From positions 24,726,526 through 24,769,614 of the forward strand of contig NC_068982.1 in the NCBI RefSeq assembly GCF_001194135.2: a DNA stretch of 43,089 nucleotides, read 5' to 3'. Both the position numbers and the translations under genes were made by a program. This DNA comes from Octopus bimaculoides (lineage: Eukaryota). The notes under the pieces were generated by a model. That model was given only the letters and a program-made list of their open reading frames with translations, was not told the DNA's origin and did no database searches. This document shows, one piece after another, positions 36,551 to 43,089 of this stretch. Numbering within the stretch: the first letter of the stretch is position 1; every line of letters starts with the position of its first letter.

Positions 36551-36769
36551 CGCGGGGGTGCTGAAAAGTTCCTCTCTTTGTGTAAAAGAAATATACAAGA
36601 GGGTCAATTATTTATGATTTTATCCGACATACTCCCCTGTCAAGTTCAGACACACTTATTGCAATCGACCTTGGGTTTTACTAAACCCTCTAAAGACCTC
36701 AGAAGGTTGGGGTTCTAACTAGGCCTTTCACGAAACCCTTAAATCGAGGAACGTTTCAGAAACCACTCG
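36551..36769. mobile_element. 219-bp mariner-derived MITE
   Basis: Left TA then cgcgggggtgctgaaaagttcct; right-end reverse complement cgagtggtttctgaaacgttcct. Right flank is TG rather than TA; no coding capacity. Confidence 0.8.
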
Positions 36770-38352
36770 TGTTTTGAACAAAGCTGCAAAATATTCCGTG
36801 CAATATATATGAACGCCAGAGCAGCAGCATTTTGTTCAATATTGTAGTCAGTTCAAAAATTATCTCGTTTCAGCTTTCAACTGAGGAATTGCAGCAGTTT
36901 ACATTTAAATTTCACTCTAATTTACTCACATATGCGAGTTTATTAAGGCATCTCTACTGGAAGCGAATAGTGCGGTAAATACAGATCACGGATATTTTCA
37001 TCAATGCTTTACAGCTAAGAGAAATCAACAAACAAATGTGAGTGAATACAAAAGTTTAAAAAAATAATGTAAGGTACTTACTCTGGACAGATATGATTCC
37101 ACATAACTGAAAATCGACTATATTTTCAAACACGCATACATAAGTGTGCACGCATTCATACATAAATACATACATACACTCATACATACCTATAAGCATA
37201 CACCCATATGCATATATCGTGAGAGGGAGGAGATAGAAACCATATATAAATGTTTAATAATCATAAATTTACTCGCTCTGTAAACTTAGAAAATATAACA
37301 GACCCTGGGCTTGGGCAACTAGAAGTGAAAATCGGATCATCATCCATTAAAGTTAGATTCATCATCCATTAAAGTTAGATGATGTATCTTTTTTTTCTTC
37401 TTTTTTCATATTCTAAATATTGATGCTGGGAAGCCTGCGGTGTCATGTAGATAAACGTAAATATATTATGTCAAGCATAACCGGAAACAGAGGAATTAAT
37501 AACTAGAGTGCCATCACCTACTGGTTAGTAATAAATCTATATCTATAACAGAGAGTTTGCATGTGTGTGTGTGTGTGTCTGTGTTTGTGTGTGTGTGAGT
37601 GTGTGTGTGTTGGGGTGGTGGTGGTGGGGTGTATGTGTGTGTGTATGTGTGCGCGCGCGTATGTTCCTTATGCATTCTAAAACCAAGTAGCCGATTTTGA
37701 CCTATAGGATATCAAAAGATTCAGTAAGCTTTCGGCGACCAACTAAACATTACTTTCATTCACATATTTGTATTACAGAAATTTAACATTATAATTTTTC
37801 TATTAGTCACACATCGTAAACGACATTTACACCACCACAACGACCTTGGAGTCACATTTTCTGAATGTTCCTCTATAACTGTAGATTTTAGGGAGCATTT
37901 TGCGCGTGCGCACATTGTGTGTGTGTGTGTTTAAGGATCTAAGGACATTATCTCTTTATGAGATATTATCATCTACGGAAATATCAAGTTCGGCAATATC
38001 CATCATGCGATTGGGACATGCAACTGAGACTGCAACTTTTCTTTAAATACCCGTGGCGACACTGCATTTCAGCCACTTGTAGTAAGAGCTGAAGTAAATT
38101 AGGTACAAAACGTTTTGTAAGAAACACTTTCTTGGCAGGTAATCCGATTAGTAAAGTATTTGGGTTCTGTTTCAGTGTTAAAATGCACTACATTATATAT
38201 CTATAGATATTTTAGACAACACTTCGTCGAATTTATTAATGTGATTGACAGTAGTTTTGTTAATTCATTTCTTTCTGTACTCGAAGAAGTGTATTTCTGG
38301 ATAACTAGAAGTGTTTATATCTGCATACACATAGTTTAACAATCAATATGTA

Positions 38353-38680
38353 TTTTCAGTTTTCAGTTTGGCCGTCTACCCGGACGCTTCAATGATCTCT
38401 ATGGTTGTTCTTACTTCGTCAACATTCAACTGTCTTAAAGCAAGATTTTCACAAAGATTATATCTTTTCTTCCCTTGATACATCCTTCAACTAACTGCCA
38501 TAAGACCAGTTGGTTCACAGGTTCTTCAGGGTGCCTGAATTAAATGACCAGCAATTCTCATTCTTCTCTTCTGAACCTTAGCAGCCAATTTGGATAGATC
38601 TCTTTAAAGCTGTTCGTTGCTTAAATGAGCTCTCCAAGTATCTTCCAGAGCCATTCTTAACATTCTTGGGTGACAATCGT
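38353..38680 (-). mobile_element. 3' fragment of an RTE-like LINE
   Basis: Minus strand DCHPRMLRMALEDTWRAHLSNEQL*RDLSKLAAKVQKRRMRIAGH..HPEEPVNQLVLWQ...LNVDEVRTTIE, ending in the short tandem tail actgaaa-actgaaa. Confidence 0.8.
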
Positions 38681-39017
38681 CAGTAATATAGAAAACTATT
38701 TAAACTAAATGCTGTTAGCCAGCCAGAACTTTATTGATCCAAATTACTAAGAATGTATTATATGAGCAAAATCGAACGTTAGAATACGTAGAGTTTCTTA
38801 ATAACTGTTTCATCAGTTGAGTTTTCGTACGTGGGCTTTCGCTAAAGGAAAGCATACACAAGAGAGTAACTAGTCTGACTGATATCATTTTTCGGTTCAC
38901 GAAAATATTGTGCGTAATGTATAGGCTCTTACATATGTCTACTTAGGAGATTGATTTCATATTTATAGGTATCTTCTGTAAGGCAGCGTAACAATGAATT
39001 CTATAGTACTTCATTGA

Positions 39018-39378
39018 TCATTGTGCTTTCTGCATTTCTATTTCCAAAATCAGACTGTGTATTCGTTGGTAGGAGCTCCGGGACATACCAGTCATAACAA
39101 CGAGTTCGTCAATTGCTCGATTGTAGTCCTCCAAGATCAGTTCATGTATTTTCGTGATGTTTTCATTCATTCTGGAGGTAGACGGTCGCTCTGAACGAGG
39201 TCGGATTTCAAGCGACAAGTGATTATTCCCAAAGCATGAAAAAGCGCTCCTAAACTTATGTTTTGCTCATGGCAGCGTCCTCATAAGCTGTGTGAAGAAT
39301 GACAACTGTTTCGAACGCCGTTTTCCCCAGCAGGAAACAGAATTTCACGGAAGCAAGCTGTACCTTTGTTACAGCCAT
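39018..39378 (-). mobile_element. Mariner transposase N-terminal (HTH) relic, irritans-like
   Basis: MAVTKVQLASVKFCFLLGKTAFETVVILHTAYEDAAMSKT*V...SLEIRPRSERPSTSRMNENITKIHELILED...IDELVVMTGMS. The catalytic domain is absent and I could not identify TIRs. Confidence 0.85.
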
Positions 39379-39652
39379 CGAAAAATCGACGTGCATGGGA
39401 GAAGCACTGCATACCAAAGACGCTCGACGTTGCCGCATGGTCTCACAGGTCCGACTCGTCGGATGCCTAATGCCGAACTGTTGCATCAAGTGTCTTCTGG
39501 CAGAGGAAACCTGAACTAAGACGGGTTTGTCCCACAGAGAACGCGTATACGTATGTTTCCGTAGACTCAGATGTTCTGCTAACAAGAGCAAAAGAAGACT
39601 ATCTAGTCGCAGATTTATGATTTTGGGAGACAAACAAATGCCTCCGTGTGTT

Positions 39653-39714
<62 letters not shown>

Positions 39715-40647
39715 CGTGTGCGCGCATGTATGTGTGTGTGCGCGCGCGTATATTTGTGTGTATTTGTAGAGTAATATATAGATGCATACAACCGTTTGGC
39801 TATGACAGAAATCCCCTCTAACAGACTGGACTAGCAGATCGCATCAGTAATCCAGTACACAGGTGTATAATGCATATTGCTATGCAGCTGATATCCAGGT
39901 GATCCGATCGATAATCATATTTCATGATGAGTATATAAATCATAACAAAGTTAGGTAGTAAGTGTGTATAGAATGTATGAGTGTATAGCAATTATGTTTA
40001 CATATCAGCACTAATATACATACTACGCACTATAAAATACTATTATATATATGTACAAATCAGTGTAGATAATAAAATATAGATCATCAGATCACCAGAA
40101 CCACATGGTCACAGCAATGCTTCAACGGTAAGTATATTTCCAGAATTATCTCTTTATACATACAATGTATGGAAGACCGAAACTGAATGAATAATAATAT
40201 GTATGGTGATTAGAATTAAAATATATTGTTTCATGCCAAAGGAAGTGTTAGATCTAAATTACGGGAACCGATATTGTTAAAGTTAACAAAGACAAAAAGG
40301 GAGGGAAGAGTACTTAAAGTAGTTGTACTAACTAAAAACAAATATTATAAATGAATTCAACAGAGAACAGAGTGCGGGAGTTATAAAGATTAAGCCAACA
40401 ATTAATATTCAAAAACCCTTAATTTCAAAAAGTGGTCAATGAACTACAGTAAAACTAGAACGATATTCACATCTACATAGAATCCCTTACACACACGCAC
40501 GAACATACAACCCCACCACACATAATAAATATGTGTGTGCGCGCGTGTGTGTATGCTTGCGTGTGTGCGGGTGTAGAGAGAGAGAGAGACATAAGTAGCA
40601 AGACTGATATATAGTTGTGTATAAGCAAAAAAGTTTGCATGTATGTA

Positions 40648-40681
<34 letters not shown>

Positions 40682-41170
40682 NNNNNNNNNNNNNNNNNNN
40701 NNNNNNNNNNNNNNNNNNNNNNNNNNNNNNNNNNNNNNNNNNNNNNNNNNNNNNNNNNNNNNNNNNNNNNNNNNNNNNNNNNNNNNNNNNNNNNNNNNNN
40801 NNNNNNNNNNNNNNNNNNNNNNNNNNNNNNNNNNNNNNNNNNNNNNNNNNNNNNNNNNNNNNNNNNNNNNNNNNNNNNNNNNNNNNNNNNNNNNNNNNNN
40901 NNNNNNNNNNNNNNNNNNNNNNNNNNNNNNNNNNNNNNNNNNNNNNNNNNNNNNNNNNNNNNNNNNNNNNNNNNNNNNNNNNNNNNNNNNNNNNNNNNNN
41001 NNNNNNNNNNNNNNNNNNNNNNNNNNNNNNNNNNNNNNNNNNNNNNNNNNNNNNNNNNNNNNNNNNNNNNNNNNNNNNNNNNNNNNNNNNNNNNNNNNNN
41101 NNNNNNNNNNNNNNNNNNNNNNNNNNNNNNNNNNNNNNNNNNNNNNNNNNNNNNNNNNNNNNNNNNNNNN

Positions 41171-41208
<38 letters not shown>

Positions 41209-41963
41209 CATACATACATATATATATCTACATGTATAAATATAGGTAGGTGTGTATGCATGTATGTATGTAGATATGCATGTATGTATAAGCAATTTCT
41301 ATGTATACTAGTTACTTCCGATCGATCTTCAGGTTGTATTGATTTCGAGTCTGTTTTATACTGTCCTCAATAGATAATTTTTCATTCAATTTTTCATTCA
41401 TTATCTTCATTTGATGTTTTCACTCCTTTAAGCAAACATCTAGTGTTTGTCAAGATGTATACAGAAAAGACTACGAAAATTGCATATATTTACATCTGCA
41501 GCCGTTTTGCATCAATATACTTAAAATTTATACGACATATTCAATGGATTCTATTTCTTAAACTTCTTCATTACATAGAATATTTTATTGTATATTGCTC
41601 AAAGACATGAATAAAAAAATAAAATATGTATATATACGAAGATTCTATCTACAATATAATAAACCCAATGTTCTGCACAGTGTATTTATATGTTGATAAC
41701 ATCTTATGTAATATGTATGTTGCATAATAACAGAAGTGTCTTTGCGAGATATATCTGTATAATAATTAAATGCAGTTTATTGAAAGAAATAAAATACGCC
41801 TTATAATATTTTTCCTTTGGTAGTGTAAACATGTATTGACGCACGTACACATCAAGAAATCTCATAAAGAAGAAACTACATAGAAATAATTCCCTCAATG
41901 CAATCATATTTATACATTTATATATGCAAATAGCAAACATACAAAGACACGAATGAAATAAAT

Positions 41964-42000
<37 letters not shown>

Positions 42001-42231
42001 AATATATATATACACACACACACATATTTCTACCTATAAGTGTGTTGAGTACGTGTGTGTTTTTGTGTGTGAATGCAGCCTTTGCATACAAAATGCAGAA
42101 AAGTAGACTGATATATTTTACATTTAGTATTCTGCGCTTGCATCAATATTCATGCGTGTATATATATGCATATATATATATATATACACGTACATAAATA
42201 TACATATATATATATATATACACGTACATAA

Positions 42232-42283
<52 letters not shown>

Positions 42284-42884
42284 TTGCAAATGGTAATCTA
42301 AAACCAATCTTTTACAGAAATATTTAGAACACAGGGTCTCATAAATTACCGACAAACATTTCTGAATTGTACAAGGTCTCAATTGGAAATTATAGATCTA
42401 AAGGAATTGCAGAAGGCTGCTCCAAACATCGCGATGAACTCTTTATCCTTTTAATATATACCCAACACAATTAGCGACTTCTTTTTTGAACCACATTTTA
42501 AGCAAATTAATAAATCGTATGTAAAATACATTTTGGTATTTTGATAGTGTACGCTTACGCTCATAATTCCATTAAAGTAGACGTGTGTCATTTACCCGCA
42601 TTGGTAACATTCACTATAATTTTGGCCTATAACATTGTGAGAATGAAGTAGAAAAAAAAGACAAATCCTCATTTGCCATTCCACACCTTACGGATACAAC
42701 CATTAGTGAAGAACGCTCATACTGGAGGTCTGTCCAAGCTCATTTCGGAATGCGGTTAGTAATATCGCTGTTACAGAAATTCGGATGATTAATAAATATT
42801 AAGTCTTCGCTTCTTAGGCAACAGGTCACTTCACAACGTTTTATGAGATTAAAATAGTTACTACTACAGAAAATATAATTACAC

Positions 42885-43048
42885 GTGCATGGATACACGT
42901 ATACCTAAATCACAAACGCACACTCACGCACATTCGTGAATGTGTGTGTGAGTGTGTGTGTGTGTGTGTGTGCGTGTGTGTGCGTGTGTGTGTGTGTGTG
43001 TGTGTTTCTGTTTTGGCGTGCGCGTGTGCACGTGTGTGTGTATGTATA

Positions 43049-43089
<41 letters not shown>
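42885..43089. repeat. Compound (CA)/(TG)/(TA) microsatellite at the window end
   Basis: Directly visible. Confidence 0.88.

Noticed and set aside
40081-40134. Strong donor-like CG|GTAAGT at ~40127 (and a minus-strand one near 33775)
   Set aside because: No pyrimidine-rich acceptor upstream and no recognisable peptide.
823-41295. Long ORFs in the track containing X runs (e.g. 823-1467, 9527-10306, 21655-22503, 23163-24334, 28323-29024, 40444-41295)
   Set aside because: They are open only because they cross N gaps; the flanking residues are translated microsatellites.
2537-42382. ORFs made of CV, HT, YI, SL or ER dipeptide repeats
   Set aside because: Translations of dinucleotide and tetranucleotide microsatellites.
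1-43089. CRISPR arrays, rRNA genes, genuine tRNA genes or prokaryotic operons
   Set aside because: No repeat-spacer arrays or rRNA motifs; all tRNA-like boxes belong to SINE heads; the sequence is eukaryotic repeat-rich DNA.

Overview
AT-rich, microsatellite-saturated eukaryotic scaffold with 13 N-gaps. The tRNA-derived SINE, mariner/MITE and Penelope-type repeats resemble families I recognise from octopus genomes. That taxon call is inferred from recall, not from a database search. I found no supportable host protein-coding gene: the long ORFs in the track are gap or microsatellite artefacts, or fragments of decayed transposons. The window is best read as a large intron or intergenic region packed with nested mobile-element relics. 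These include a Penelope-like element with GIY-YIG upstream of RT (Naiad-type order) split by a mariner, and two ~250-bp repeats carrying a minimal hammerhead-ribozyme-like fold with a non-canonical core. There is also a foldback-like long inverted repeat with a Merlin-like MITE (8-bp TSD) in one arm, an R4/Dong-type RT abutting (TAA)21, a HERO-type fragment abutting (CT)n, a dimeric SINE with a 19-bp TSD, an RTE-like LINE tail and further mariner/Penelope relics. All motif matches were made by manual translation and alignment.
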